A DNA stretch of 63,377 nucleotides, counting the filler, from Octopus bimaculoides (lineage: Eukaryota): NCBI RefSeq assembly GCF_001194135.2. It is 6 parts of 6 records of this genome, joined end to end, with 100 filler letters (N's around TTAATTAATTAA, not from the genome) between each part and the next. Parts side by side here need not be neighbours in the genome. Positions count along the whole stretch, not along the records: positions 1 to 24,838 come from NC_068982.1; positions 24,939 to 54,073 come from NC_068989.1; 4 more parts are not named here. One strand, 5' to 3'. The position numbers were made by a program, and so were the translations under genes. Positions within the stretch are counted from its first letter, which is position 1. Each line of letters starts with the position of its first letter. The notes beneath the pieces were generated by a model that was not told the DNA's origin, did not search any database, and was given only the letters and a program-made list of their open reading frames with translations. Shown one piece after another: positions 13,631 through 26,213 of this stretch.

Positions 13631-13849
13631 TTTATTTAATGCTTAAATCTCCCTCTCTATCTCTGACTCTCTACTTTTAGCTCCATCTCACACGTGTGAA
13701 CACTTAGTTGCATGGACATATGAATATGGATATAACTATATCAATATGGATTAATTGAGTGTATAAACATGTATATTTGCGATAAGGATGATATCTGCTT
13801 TGCGAATAGTTTAATCCATACTAATCAAGTACTGTCGTCATTCCCCCGT

Positions 13850-14114
13850 TTCATCACCATCAATCATCATCATCATCAATTATCAAGTCCAACAGCCCTT
13901 CCAGAACAATCCACTGCAACACTAAAACATTTCATCATTATCATCATCATCGTCGTCGTCGTCGTCGTCATCATCACTTTCACAACCACCACCATCACCG
14001 TTATCTCTGCTATCACCACTCATATCACCGCTACTGCCATCACCACCACTATTACAACTACCATGATGGCGACGACCAAGACGACCACCAACCATCACCA
14101 GCGCAACCATCGTC

Positions 14115-14163
<49 letters not shown>

Positions 14164-14545
14164 CCATCACCACCATCATCACCACCACTACCACCACCAC
14201 CATCATCATCATCATCATCGTCGTCATCACCACCACCATCATCATCATCATTATCATCATCGTCATCGTCATCGTCATCATCATCGTCATCATCATCGTC
14301 ATCGTCATCATCATCATCATCGTCATCATCATCGTCNNNNNNNNNNNNNNNNNNNNNNNNNNNNNNNNNNNNNNNNNNNNNNNNNNNNNNNNNNNNNNNN
14401 NNNNNNNNNNNNNNNNNNNNNNNNNNNNNNNNNNNNNNNNNNNNNNNNNNNNNNNNNNNNNNNNNNNNNNNNNNNNNNNNNNNNNNNNNNNNNNNNTCAT
14501 CGTCGCCACTACCACCACCACCACCACCACCGTCATTCTCACCGC
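13850..14545. repeat. (CAT/CAC/CGT)n trinucleotide array containing a gap
   Basis: Direct reading; source of the 281-aa poly-His ORF. Confidence 0.95.
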
Positions 14546-14624
14546 CGAAGAGGGTTACAAGGAGAAGGAACTAGAGTTGGAGAAAAAAGACAGAATGAAA
14601 GAAAAAGGAAATAAAGAGAGAATA

Positions 14625-14682
<58 letters not shown>

Positions 14683-15109
14683 GGAAATCAAGATAGACTG
14701 AGAGAAACCGTAGCTATGAAGTTAATACAAGCCTAATCCTTTTATCAAGACATCATGTCTCATATGTAACAGCCATTCATACATTCATAACATACATGTC
14801 TCTTTTGTAAAATATCTCATCTAACACCTAGTTCTGCCAGTCTTCTGTTATTGCTGTTGTTGCTGTAATTGTTTTAGTAATTTGTATTTTGTTGGTGGTG
14901 ATTTTTACTTGTTTCTGTTTTTGTTTTGTTTTGTTTTTCCTTTTCTTTCTTTCGTACTTTCCTCTCTTCTTTTCATTCGTCTCTTGCGAGAGACATCGCG
15001 TATCCAGTTAATCTGCGAAGAGAATACGCAGACGGTTTCAAAAATATCTGAGATAACCAAAACGATACTACTACTACTACTACTACTCACAACAACAACA
15101 ACAAAAACA

Positions 15110-15322
15110 ATTCTTTTTACTATTGGTACAAAGCTTGAAAACTTGGAGGAAGGGATTTAGTCGATTACATCGATCCCAGTTTTCAACTGGTACTTATTTT
15201 ATCGATCCCGATAGGATGAAAGACGAAGCCGAACTCAGCGGAATTTGAACTCAGAATGTAAAGACAAGAAAAACGCTAAGCATTTTGCCCGGCTGCAAAC
15301 GATTCTGACCATCCGCTGCTTC

Positions 15323-15359
<37 letters not shown>

Positions 15360-15905
15360 GCAACAATAATGATAATAGTCTTTTCTACTGACGGCACACG
15401 GCTTGAAATCTTGGGTGAGGAGATTAGTCGATTACATCGACCCCAGTGTCTCGAAAGGACGAAAGACAACGTCAACTTCGGCGGAATTTGAATTCAGAAT
15501 GTACAGACGAACGAAATGCCGGTAAGTATTTTACCCGATGCACTAACAATTCTGCCAGCTCGCCGCCTTAACAATGATAATAATAATGGTTTCCTAGTTT
15601 GGCACAAGGCCAAACATTTTGGGGAAGTGGGGCAAGTCGATTAAATATGATGCGTATTTATTTTATCGACGCTGAAAGGCAAAGTCAACCTCGGTGGGAT
15701 ATGATCTCAGAAATACCGCTTAGCATTTTGCCCGGCTTATTAACGATTCTGCCAGCTCATCGACTTTCTACTACAGATACAAGGCTTAAGATTTTGGAGG
15801 AGGGGGTGCTAGTCGATTACATCGACCTCAGTGCTTGACTGGTACTTATATCATCGACCCCGAAAGGATGAAAGACGAAATCACTCTCGATTGAATTTGA
15901 ACTAG
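15110..15905 (-). mobile_element. Four head-to-tail SINE C copies
   Basis: Copies at about 15110-15321, 15378-15570, 15590-15758 and 15763-15905; (CAA)n or (AAT)n spacers between the first three. Confidence 0.85.
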
Positions 15906-16524
15906 AGAAGGGGCTAAGTCAATTTCCACCACCAGTCAATCCGGCAGTAAGCTCCTAAATCAAACCATTGAGCAAGAGATGCTGGCTAGCATGGTCTTAC
16001 CACTCTGTGTAGAAGCTCACAAACTTGTCCTGATTAATGCAAGCTACTATTAGCTACCTATTTCTGTGCCGGTTGCGTACCAACAGCATGATGGTGACAT
16101 CTTCATCGTATGCAAGTCACGTTCCCCTGTGTCTTATATTCTAATTGCTTGCACTTGGGATGCGATATCGTCCTTAATAACTTTTTTGCTGAATAATTAC
16201 CCAATCTATTGTTCTCAAATGCTAATTCCTTACTAGACCTAATAGATTGTAATTTTCCTCTATAATAGCACCCACTAACTGTTGTTTATGATTGCTCCCA
16301 TCCATACATGCTTAAATAGCTAGCTAACCCAGTTCTTTTAAGCGTGCTATGTCTGAACTGACGTATTAAATTTCCAGGAATCAAGATATGTTATCAAGAC
16401 AAGAGTTTAGATAAGCCATGAAATCTTAGTTTAAAAATCAGAAACTTAAAATTTCTGTAGCTTCACACAGTAAGTTGTAGACATTCTAGATTGCTGCTAT
16501 CCGGTAATTTGATGCTTTAAAATT

Positions 16525-16695
16525 TTTGGCGCAAGGCTAGTAATTTCGGGAGAAGGGTAAGTTGATTACATCGACACCAGTGCTCAGCTGGTACATGTTT
16601 TATCGATCCTGAAAGGATGATCCTGGCGGAATTTGAACTTGAAACGTAAAGTTGGATGAAATTCCGCTAAGCATTTTGCCTGCCGTGCTAACTAT
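16525..16695 (-). mobile_element. SINE family C
   Basis: gattacatcgacaccagtgctcagctggtac...ggcggaatttgaact...ggcagctcgtcgcct. Confidence 0.8.
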
Positions 16696-17232
16696 TCTGG
16701 CAGCTCGTCGCCTAGCAATCATGTTAGCATATTCAAGCAATTTCGTTTGACACCTGTCAGTCATTTGGAAATTTCGGATCAGCTCTGAAGGGCATTTACA
16801 TTTTTCTCTTTGTTTAAAACCTCCAAAGAATTCATAGGTTTAGGATTCCATTCCATACGCTGGGGAAATTTCTTGATGCCTGAAGAAATGTGGCCTTCCG
16901 GTTCCAGTTCCATGGCCACAAGCCTCAATGAAGAGTCTTTACACTGCCCTTGGGCGACAAATTTACTGAGTTCAGAAGGGACATCTCTACTTTAAGATCC
17001 ATACAATTCTGTCATCTCTTTCAATCCATTTCACAAACTAAAGATTTAAAACCACGTAGTAATTTAGAATGAGCGAGCGTACGTGAGGTTCAAAGTTGTT
17101 AGTCTCACAATAGATACCGTATGTAAATTTAGAATCAAATTAGCTTCGAAGCACCCTCAAGATCATGTCGTTTGATGCTTGTTTTAGCTAAAAATTCGAT
17201 AAAATGACTTGCTTTACTGTTTGTATTAATTG

Positions 17233-17626
17233 TGAGTATGGGACATTTTTGGCACAACCGTTTTAGCACCACTTATTTGGATATCGGTAATTCGACGCTG
17301 TCTAATTTGGTATCAAATATCTTAATGTGTCTCTCGTTTTAATATTTCCCCCACCCCACCCTCTCTGTTTAAGTTCATGAGGACACTTCTTTTTTTTATG
17401 TATATAAGGATAGGAAAAATGTTTAAGTCAATTGTGTACAGTTAATAAATTGAACATTTCTCACTCCCTTCTCTCTCTTTCTGTCTATACGTGTACATTG
17501 CCCCTCGCGTGCTTGTGAGTACGTTTGCTCCAGTGCCAAAATGTATTTTCCCTAAAGCAGGCGGAATGTCCAATCAGAAGTGCCAAATCATCTGCGCCCA
17601 AACAGCTGCGCCAGATCGTCTCATTC
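17233..17626. mobile_element. MITE with about 60-bp imperfect GC-rich TIRs (copy 1)
   Basis: Left gagtatgggacatttttggcacaaccgtttt aligns with the reverse complement of the right end (gaatgagacgatctggcgcagctgttt); homologous copy at 22243-22597. Confidence 0.7.
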
Positions 17627-17629
17627 CGG

Positions 17630-18290
17630 TATTAGGTTATATGATACGTTTTGTTTAAGATTCCTCAATCGACTCTTCCATCATTTTGAGCGCCTCGGGT
17701 TTTGTCATTGGCTCCACGTCCAGTGTAAAATTTCCCCTCTTACTTTCAGTGATATCGTCATCAGTTTTTAGGAATATCTCTTTCGCATTCCATTTGTTTC
17801 TTCAGTGTTTTAGGATGCTTGCAAATTAATAAAATACATCGATCCTTTGCTCCCGTAAACAGCAATAAACTTCAGAAGTGTTTGTTTTGTTGGTCTTGTA
17901 GTTGCTGTTGCGTTTGTTGTTGGGTCATCGTTTATGTTTTACTTGCTGCTGTTGTCGTTATTCATTGCTTACTGTTTGCTTATATAGGGAATCCATCTAT
18001 TGCTCTTGGTTTTAGTTTGGTTGTAGTTGCCTTTATAGTCATCGTGGTTTGTATTTTTTGTTGGTATTTTGTAGTTGTTTTTGCTGTTTTTTTTGTCTGA
18101 AAGATCCATCACTTTTACATCCATAATATCTGCAATTTGATTTAACAACTCCGGCTTACCAAACTTTCCGATCTTGAGCATCAGACGTTCAGCCTTTTGT
18201 ACACGACGTTCTACTTCGTGAATCTACTTCGTAGATTCATCTTTATTTGTAACTAAGTAGTCTGAGATAGGCCCGGGTGGTCTGAGCATG
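17630..18290 (-). pseudogene. Unassigned decayed coding-like sequence
   Basis: About 106-codon frame 18289-17969 with a single internal TAG, plus further partial frames to about 17660; no motif recognised. Confidence 0.3.
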
Positions 18291-18297
18291 ACAAAAT

Positions 18298-18686
18298 TGG
18301 TAAGTAGCTTGTTTACCAACCACATGTTCCCGGTTTCAGTCCCACTGCGTGGCACCTTGGGCAAGTGTCTTCTACTATAGCCTCGGGCCGACCAAAGTCT
18401 TGTGAGTGGATTTAGTAGACGGAAACTGAAAGAAGCCCGTCGTATATATGTATATGAATATATATATGTGTGCGTTTGTGTTTCTGTGTCTATCCCCCCA
18501 ACATTGCTTGACAACCGATGCTGGTGTGCTTACGTCCCCGTAACTTAGCGGTTCGGCAAAAGAGACCGATAGAATAAGTACTAGGCTTACAAAGAATAAG
18601 TCCTGGGGTCTATTTGCTCGACTAAAGGCGGTGCTCCAGCATGGCCACAGTCAAATGACTGAAACAAGTAAAAGAGTAAAAGAGTA
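18298..18686 (+). mobile_element. SINE family B, near full length
   Basis: tggtaagtagcttg...gtttcagtccc head, ccttgggcaagtgtctt CORE-like segment, internal (TA/TG)n, gagtaaaa tail. Confidence 0.93.
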
Positions 18687-19515
18687 TAGGAGTTTCAGTA
18701 TATTGTTTGTGAGAGGTTATTCTTGCGAGTCCTAACTGGAAGTTGCACAAGATTTTTTGCGGCTATTTTTCCTCGATTTGTTTTGTGCTTATAGATGTTT
18801 TAGTCTGACAACAGCACTCTCTTTGTCCTTGTTTTTCTATTGTTCTTTTAGTATTAGAGCTGATAGCAAACAGAACTTTAATTTTGATAACTGTTTTACT
18901 AGAGCAAGGGCCACAGAGAAGAAATTTATCAGACTACAAATTTCTGTTCAATATATGAAAACATTTAATGAAATCCCAGGAAATTTTCCAGTCCCAAGCA
19001 AAACAATCCCTGTATCCTCTTCTCATAAACTGTGAACAAGAATTCTTAAACTGTGAATGGCTTTCTATCTTCAACAACCTCGACCATGTTTCTGTCTTCA
19101 ACCTCTACCATGTATTGGAACCCATTCCAAATGTTACTGTTCAAGAATTCTTCCAAGATTTTCAGGTGTTGCCAAATCCGTGAATATCCAGACGAATCTC
19201 CAAATCTGTGTGTAAATGTATGTAGATATCTATGACTACTTGTGTGTGTGTGTGTGTGTGTGTGTATAATAAACACAAATACATGTGCCAGTGTAGATAT
19301 TTACAGAAATATAATACGCCTATATATAATTCGATATATATACGAGTATGGGTATGTGTTCGTGCATATGTATGTATGTATGTGAGAGCACTTTTATGCT
19401 AATGTATATTTATTTCTTACAAATACAACAAATGTGATTTAATTTATTCCGAATCATAACAAAATCATAACATCACACATGTACGGACTCGGAGTGACAT
19501 ATGGAAACAACGGCG

Positions 19516-19631
<116 letters not shown>

Positions 19632-19787
19632 AACGCGAATATACATACATATGTACATATATACATATCTGTTGGAAGTATGGAAACTAAACAACGGCCA
19701 GAATAAATGAATAAATAAATATATTGAAGATGGGAACAAAACAACGAAAAGATAAATATTGTATCAACAGGAGTGCTGCAAGATTAC

Positions 19788-19884
19788 CAAACTGATAAGG
19801 TTTCGAATCATTTATACAGATTCCAACTTCACCGAAGGGGAATTGTTGAAGGCAAAGACCTGGACAGTGTGTCTCCGCAGAAAA
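19788..19884 (-). other. Candidate host exon
   Basis: Minus strand has ctaat branch-like motif, ctctctttttcgccgtag acceptor, 97 nt open in one frame, then gtaatc; alternatively the frame FLRRHTVQVFAFNNSPSVKLESV* ends at 19812. Confidence 0.3.
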
Positions 19885-20281
19885 CTACGGCGAAAAAGAG
19901 AGATTAGGTTTTTGGTTTGGTCTGTACGAGTCCTTATCTAGAAATCCTTTCTTGCATGTTTTATTTTCCTTTCTTTCTTCCCCTCCTTCTGCTTCTGTGT
20001 CTTTCCCTCATTCTCTCCCAATCTCTGTATAAAACATTCAAATATATGTATGCATGTGTGTGTATGTGTGTAAAACCTGCTATTTTAGAGCTATCTTCCT
20101 GCACCTATTTCTCCCTCCGTATCTGCTTGTTCATCTATTTCTATCAGCTCCCTATCCAACTTCTCTCTCTCCCTCTTTCTCTTTCTCTCTCACTCTGTGT
20201 CTCCTTTTTTACTCTTCAATTCTGTTACAGTATTCTCACAAATTTTGTTTAAGATTTTTACCCCATTTTCGCAATTTTCTG

Positions 20282-20312
<31 letters not shown>

Positions 20313-20542
20313 ACACACACACTCACACATAGCTCTGCGCGTGCAAACACACGCCAACGCACGCGCGAACATCTACCCACATCTTTCTCTTTGGATGTGT
20401 TACTTCATGTGTATGTATTAAGAATAAATGTGAGTGATGCGATGTGGTATGCGCAGAGTGAAGATGTTTATACGCCTGTGTGTATCGTTGTATTGATATA
20501 TGCATACGTCTGTGCAAGAGTAGAAGATAGATAGATAGATAT

Positions 20543-20574
<32 letters not shown>

Positions 20575-21206
20575 GAGGGAGAGAATGAGAGAGAAAGAGG
20601 GGGAGAAGCAGAGGGCGTGCGTGTAATGTATATGTATAAAAATGTACTCCGACAACATTAAACATACACCGTGTGAATAAACACTATATAATCATTCGAA
20701 AACATACACATTGTTCTTTTCTATTCTATGCACAAAGCCCGAAATTTTTGGGGCGCAGTAGATCGACCGCAGTANNNNNNNNNNNNNNNNNNNNNNNNNN
20801 NNNNNNNNNNNNNNNNNNNNNNNNNNNNNNNNNNNNNNNNNNNNNNNNNNNNNNNNNNNNNNNNNNNNNNNNNNNNNNNNNNNNNNNNNNNNNNNNNNNN
20901 NNNNNNNNNNNNNNNNNNNNNNNNNNNNNNNNNNNNNNNNNNNNNNNNNNNNNNNNNNNNNNNNNNNNNNNNNNNNNNNNNNNNNNNNNNNNNNNNNNNN
21001 NNNNNNNNNNNNNNNNNNNNNNNNNNNNNNNNNNNNNNNNNNNNNNNNNNNNNNNNNNNNNNNNNNNNNNNNNNNNNNNNNNNNNNNNNNNNNNNNNNNN
21101 NNNNNNNNNNNNNNNNNNNNNNNNNNNNNNNNNNNNNNNNNNNNNNNNNNNNNNNNNNNNNNNNNNNNNNNNNNNNNNNNNNNNNNNNNNNNNNNNNNNN
21201 NNNNNN

Positions 21207-21455
21207 GAACCCTGCTGTACTCTTTCACCACAACTTTCTCTCACTCTTACTTCCTGTTTCTGTTGTGCCTGTAATTCAAAGGGTCAGCCTTGTCACACTG
21301 TGTCACGCTGAATATCCCCGAGAACTACGTTAAGGGCACACGTGACTGTAGAGTGCTCAGCCACTTGCACGTTAATTTCACGAGCAGGATGTTCCGTTGA
21401 TCGGATCAACTGGAACCTTCGTCGTCGTAAGCGACGGAGTGCCAACAACAACACA
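21207..21455 (+). mobile_element. SINE A2, 3' half after gap
   Basis: Matches 9815-10048; (AAC)n tail. Confidence 0.9.
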
Positions 21456-21613
21456 ATAGTTAAAGCACAGGAAAATACCTTGTGGTATTTAATTATGCTT
21501 TAGATTTTGAGTTCAAATCTTGCAATGGTCGACTTTATCTTTCATTCTATCCAAAGGTCTATTAAAGAAAAGTTCCAAATACCTGAATTGATATAATGAG
21601 CTATAAAGTTTTT

Positions 21614-22145
21614 GGCGAATTCTGGTTTCATCACCCTACATAATTAATTCCTCATAACTTTTTTATATTTTGGAATTTTCAGAAACCTTTTGCGAATTGG
21701 TATTCTACACACAGGAATTCATACGACTATGCAAAGAATTTTTTTGTGTAATGTAAGGGTGATTTAACTCATTTTTAGCACATCTTACAACCACCTGATA
21801 CCTTCTTAGTTTCTTTGTTTCTCTGACATGTATTGATGTTTTTCAATATTTTTATTCTCTATAAATACATTTAATGGAATGATGATGCACCCAAGAGTGG
21901 TCTATTGCTGGGATTTAGACAAAAAATTCGGACTGTCCGCATCTTAAACTCTGATTAAAAGAAAATTGAAAAAGAGTGGAACTTTTAGGATTCATGGGGG
22001 CTTTTAAGATTTAGAAAAAAAATTTTCTACAGTCTTATCAATTTCCACGTGTAGAACACAAATTCGTAAAAAATTTCTGAAAATTCCAAAAAATGAAAAA
22101 AAACCTATGTGGTACTATATGGGGTGCTTAAACCAGAATTCCACC
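21614..22145. mobile_element. MITE with about 110-bp TIRs, GG...CC termini, possible 8-bp TSD
   Basis: gg-cgaattctggttt...tttggaattttcagaaa...ttctacac is mirrored at 22035-22145; flanks aagttttt and aagttttc. Confidence 0.82.
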
Positions 22146-22242
22146 AAGTTTTCATCCCCCAAACTTCACGTTGCTTCACTAAACATAGACGTCGTTGTTA
22201 CTGGTGGTGTTTGATTTAACTAAATTCTTACTTGTAAATGTT

Positions 22243-22597
22243 TATGAGACATTTTGGCATAGCCGTTTTGGTGTCGCCTATTTGGCGTCGCTGATTCGAT
22301 GCTGACATATTTGACAGACATTTTAATCTTTCTCCCGATTTAAAATTTCCCTCGTTCTCTCCACCATTTTTCTCCATTTTTACGTATGTGCATAGTTGTC
22401 TTTATGTGTATAAGAAGAAGCAAAGTGTTGATGTGAATCGTGTTCAATTAATAAACCATGATATCTCTCTCTCAATTTGTATGCGTGTGTGTATCTGCTC
22501 TAGTGCCAAAACGGACTGTCGCTAAAATAGGTCCAATGTCCAGTCAGCCGCACCAAGTGACTAGCGTCCAAAAAGCTGCCCAATCGCCTCATTCTGG
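22243..22597. mobile_element. MITE, same family as 17233-17626 (copy 2)
   Basis: Colinear with copy 1 at both ends; internal inverted match attttggcatagccgttttgg / ccaaaacggactgtcgctaaaat. Confidence 0.7.
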
Positions 22598-23126
22598 ATG
22601 TAAACTTAGCAACTTAGACTGAAAGCAGTTTTGCCTTCTACAAACACGTATAACTTTCAGACCGAATCAACGCACCACTGTCTAACTGGGTTAGACTTTT
22701 ATATTACAGATATACTGCGAGGGAGACTCAAAATGACAAAACGTGAGTGATAATGACCATGATAATTATCAACGTGAAAAAAAATGAAAGACAAAATTCA
22801 TCTCAGTGGGATTTGAACCCATAGCAGAGAAACCCAGAAAGAATGCAGGTATTCCTGATGATTATACTAACTAGCTGCGTTAATCGTTACCAGATATCAC
22901 AAAGAAGGCGTTCGGAAATTGGTGGTATACCTGTATATCAAAAGCTGGTTAGTCCATTTACTTCCTTCTGGGGCGAAACTCTAATAGGCCTTCAGCTTTC
23001 GATACAATTAATATTTCTACCTAAATTGCCTAGCATAATGTGTTCTAAATCAGAATGTTACAACAACGTAAACTATATTTTTAATTAAAAGATATAGTAC
23101 ATAGTTTTAATACAATTTTAACATGA

Positions 23127-23240
23127 TCAATGGTTCTCAACCATTTTTTTAATCTATGGACGTCTTTGATTAATATTTTATTCTGGTGGACTCTCATAGC
23201 CATTCGATGCTTAAAAATAAGTTTTAAAGAAACTTCTTTC
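23127..23240 (+). mobile_element. hAT/Charlie-like terminal fragment
   Basis: caatggttctcaacc resembles the CAGTGGTTCTCAA TIR; similar ends at about 37703 and 40215-40228. Confidence 0.4.
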
Positions 23241-23244
23241 AAAA

Positions 23245-23471
23245 TTTCTTTATTTCTTTATTGGCCACAAGGGGCTAAACATAGAGGGGACAAACAAAGA
23301 CTGACAAAGGGATTAAGTCGATTACATCGACCCCAGTGCGTAACTGGTACTTAATTTATCGACCTCGAAAAGATGAAAGGCAAAGTCGACCTCGGCGGAA
23401 TTTGAATTCAGAACGTAACGGCAGACGAAATACCGCTAAGCATTTCGCCCGGCGTGCTAACGTTTCTACCA
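23245..23471 (-). mobile_element. SINE family C, young copy with longer 3' variant
   Basis: Highly similar to 2146-2286 in reverse. Confidence 0.9.
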
Positions 23472-23968
23472 NNNNNNNNNNNNNNNNNNNNNNNNNNNNN
23501 NNNNNNNNNNNNNNNNNNNNNNNNNNNNNNNNNNNNNNNNNNNNNNNNNNNNNNNNNNNNNNNNNNNNNNNNNNNNNNNNNNNNNNNNNNNNNNNNNNNN
23601 NNNNNNNNNNNNNNNNNNNNNNNNNNNNNNNNNNNNNNNNNNNNNNNNNNNNNNNNNNNNNNNNNNNNNNNNNNNNNNNNNNNNNNNNNNNNNNNNNNNN
23701 NNNNNNNNNNNNNNNNNNNNNNNNNNNNNNNNNNNNNNNNNNNNNNNNNNNNNNNNNNNNNNNNNNNNNNNNNNNNNNNNNNNNNNNNNNNNNNNNNNNN
23801 NNNNNNNNNNNNNNNNNNNNNNNNNNNNNNNNNNNNNNNNNNNNNNNNNNNNNNNNNNNNNNNNNNNNNNNNNNNNNNNNNNNNNNNNNNNNNNNNNNNN
23901 NNNNNNNNNNNNNNNNNNNNNNNNNNNNNNNNNNNNNNNNNNNNNNNNNNNNNNNNNNNNNNNNNNNN

Positions 23969-24000
<32 letters not shown>

Positions 24001-24009
24001 GTGTGTATA

Positions 24010-24230
24010 TATATCTTTTTTTATTATTATTTCAGTCAATGGACTATGGCTATGCTGGTTCACTGAACTTATTTTTTAAAACCTGGTATTTATTCTATAG
24101 ATCTTTTTTGCCGAACTGCTAGGTTACGGAACGTAAAAAAAAACAACATTCTCGGTTGTCAGGCGGTGATGGGGATAAACACAAAGACACACATGCGCAA
24201 CACGTGTTTGTGTGTGTATACGTGTGTATA
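24010..24230 (-). mobile_element. SINE family B, degenerate 3' half
   Basis: tttcagtcaatggact...ttttgccgaactgctaaggttacgg. Confidence 0.7.
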
Positions 24231-24505
24231 ATACATTCAGGTCGATCCTCAACATAGTCAAAAGCCGGAAATGTCAGTTAGCATGAACCTGAAATTAGAA
24301 GGCCCAGCATTTCTTTACCCATTGTGTTGTCCCTGATTCTTACACGAAGGTTAAGTTGAATGTCTGTGGAATGATCCGTCTTTTCATTGCATAATCGACT
24401 GAAAAGAAAAAGGATTGCGTTGAGCCGACGGAGAATCCATTGCATATATATTTACGTTTCTGTATGCATATACACTTATTGTGATCCATTTTCACTCACT
24501 CTCTT

Positions 24506-24566
<61 letters not shown>

Positions 24567-24596
24567 NNNNNNNNNNACACACATACACACACACAT

Positions 24597-24636
<40 letters not shown>

Positions 24637-24791
24637 GCACAAACACGTATATGTATATATGTACATATATATATATATATATATACACACACAGACATAT
24701 ATATATTTATATATATATATCAAATATGCGTTGCTTTTTGTGATCTGTAATTGCTTTGTGCTTCATATATCTTTATATACATAGATATCTT

Positions 24792-24838
<47 letters not shown>

Positions 24839-24882
24839 NNNNNNNNNNNNNNNNNNNNNNNNNNNNNNNNNNNNNNNNNNNN

Positions 24883-24894
24883 TTAATTAATTAA
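24883..24894. other. Artificial scaffold linker TTAATTAATTAA inside a 100-nt gap (also 54118, 55476, 58828, 61818)
   Basis: 44 N + 12 nt + 44 N counted at the first site, with the same pattern at the others; the 12-mer gives stops in all six frames. Confidence 0.95.
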
Positions 24895-24938
24895 NNNNNN
24901 NNNNNNNNNNNNNNNNNNNNNNNNNNNNNNNNNNNNNN

Positions 24939-24973
<35 letters not shown>

Positions 24974-25164
24974 AATATATCGTTGCTATTATGCAAAAGT
25001 CTCGTAAGTCCAAAACGTTGCTTTTTCAGAAAACGAAAAACTAGTTTCACCATTCCATAGCAAAACCGTTGTACTACACTTTGACAAGTTTTGATATCTT
25101 GCCACTTGAAGCAGCTGGAGATACAATAGTTTGACCAAAAGAACCGGCTACTGCAGGCAAAAGT

Positions 25165-25363
25165 ATTCTTTTCTACTCTAGACACAAGGCCCGAAATTTC
25201 TGGGGAGGGAACCAATCGATTAGTACGCGAATGGTACTTAATTTATTAAAGGATGAAAGGCAAAGTAGACCTCGGCGGAATATGAGCTCAAAACACAAAG
25301 ACGGACGAAATACCGCTAAGCATTTCGTCCGGCGTGCTAACGTATCTGCCAGTTCGCCGCCTT
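25165..25363 (-). mobile_element. SINE family C
   Basis: ggatgaaaggcaaagtagacctcggcggaat...ccagttcgccgcctt. Confidence 0.88.
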
Positions 25364-25464
25364 AAATCAAAAATAGGTATTGAAAAAATAAAGGGATTTT
25401 GCCAAATTTGGACATACGACAGTTTAACATAATAGCAACGATATATATCTCTCTATATATATTA

Positions 25465-25531
<67 letters not shown>

Positions 25532-25888
25532 CATATGTATGTAAGTATGTATGTGTGTATATATTTGTATGAATGTTTGTATGTATGTATTTATATTCAA
25601 GTTTTCTATTATTCTTTTCGCAGTCCTAGTTAAAGTTTAGTGCATCGTTTTTAACGGTTTTCATCGATTATATCGTACTTTGAGACTCATTACTAAGAAC
25701 CAGCCTGACAGCAGTATATAATGATGGATGCCAAGAATGAAGAAAAGAATGCATACATAATGTATATAACATAATGTATAAAACATAATGTGTATAGCAG
25801 CCTTATGCATGCATTCATTTGGGTTTCAATGTTTCTTCCAATCTATTACTCTCTAGCAATGTATGCGTCCGTGTGCATGCATGTTATG

Positions 25889-25922
<34 letters not shown>

Positions 25923-26019
25923 TGCATGGATGGATGGATGGATGGATGGATGGATGTACGTGTATGCGTATGTATTTGTGTATATGCGTGTGTGAGTGCG
26001 CGCGCGCGAGCGTGTATGG

Positions 26020-26213
26020 ACGCCCGTGGGTTAGCGGTTAGGATGTTGTACTCATGATTGTAGGATTGCGCTTACGATTCCTGGACCGGGCCATGCGAAG
26101 TGTTTTGGAGTGAAGTATTTCATTTCACGTTGCTTCAATTCACTCAACGGACAACAATAAATAATTCCACGTCCGACCGGCGACTCGCCCCATGACCCTA
26201 GGAGCACCTTTGA
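26020..26213 (+). mobile_element. SINE E/F-type head plus CORE-like segment, degenerate
   Basis: gtgggttagcggttaggatgttgtactcatg...cgattcctggaccggg...atttcacgttgcttcaattcactca. Confidence 0.65.

Noticed and set aside
13769-14614. 281-aa His-rich ORF and similar poly-His/Met/Ser ORFs (3319-3776, 46963-47359, 48399-49042)
   Set aside because: Translations of (CAT)n arrays, open in several frames and on both strands, with no splice or domain support
15110-15905. CRISPR-like repeat-spacer array
   Set aside because: Eukaryotic context; units are about 200-bp diverged SINE copies without unique spacers
16000-16400. Tx1/L1 RT remnant (AYDEDVTIM on minus strand)
   Set aside because: Single motif resemblance with no supporting upstream RT motifs
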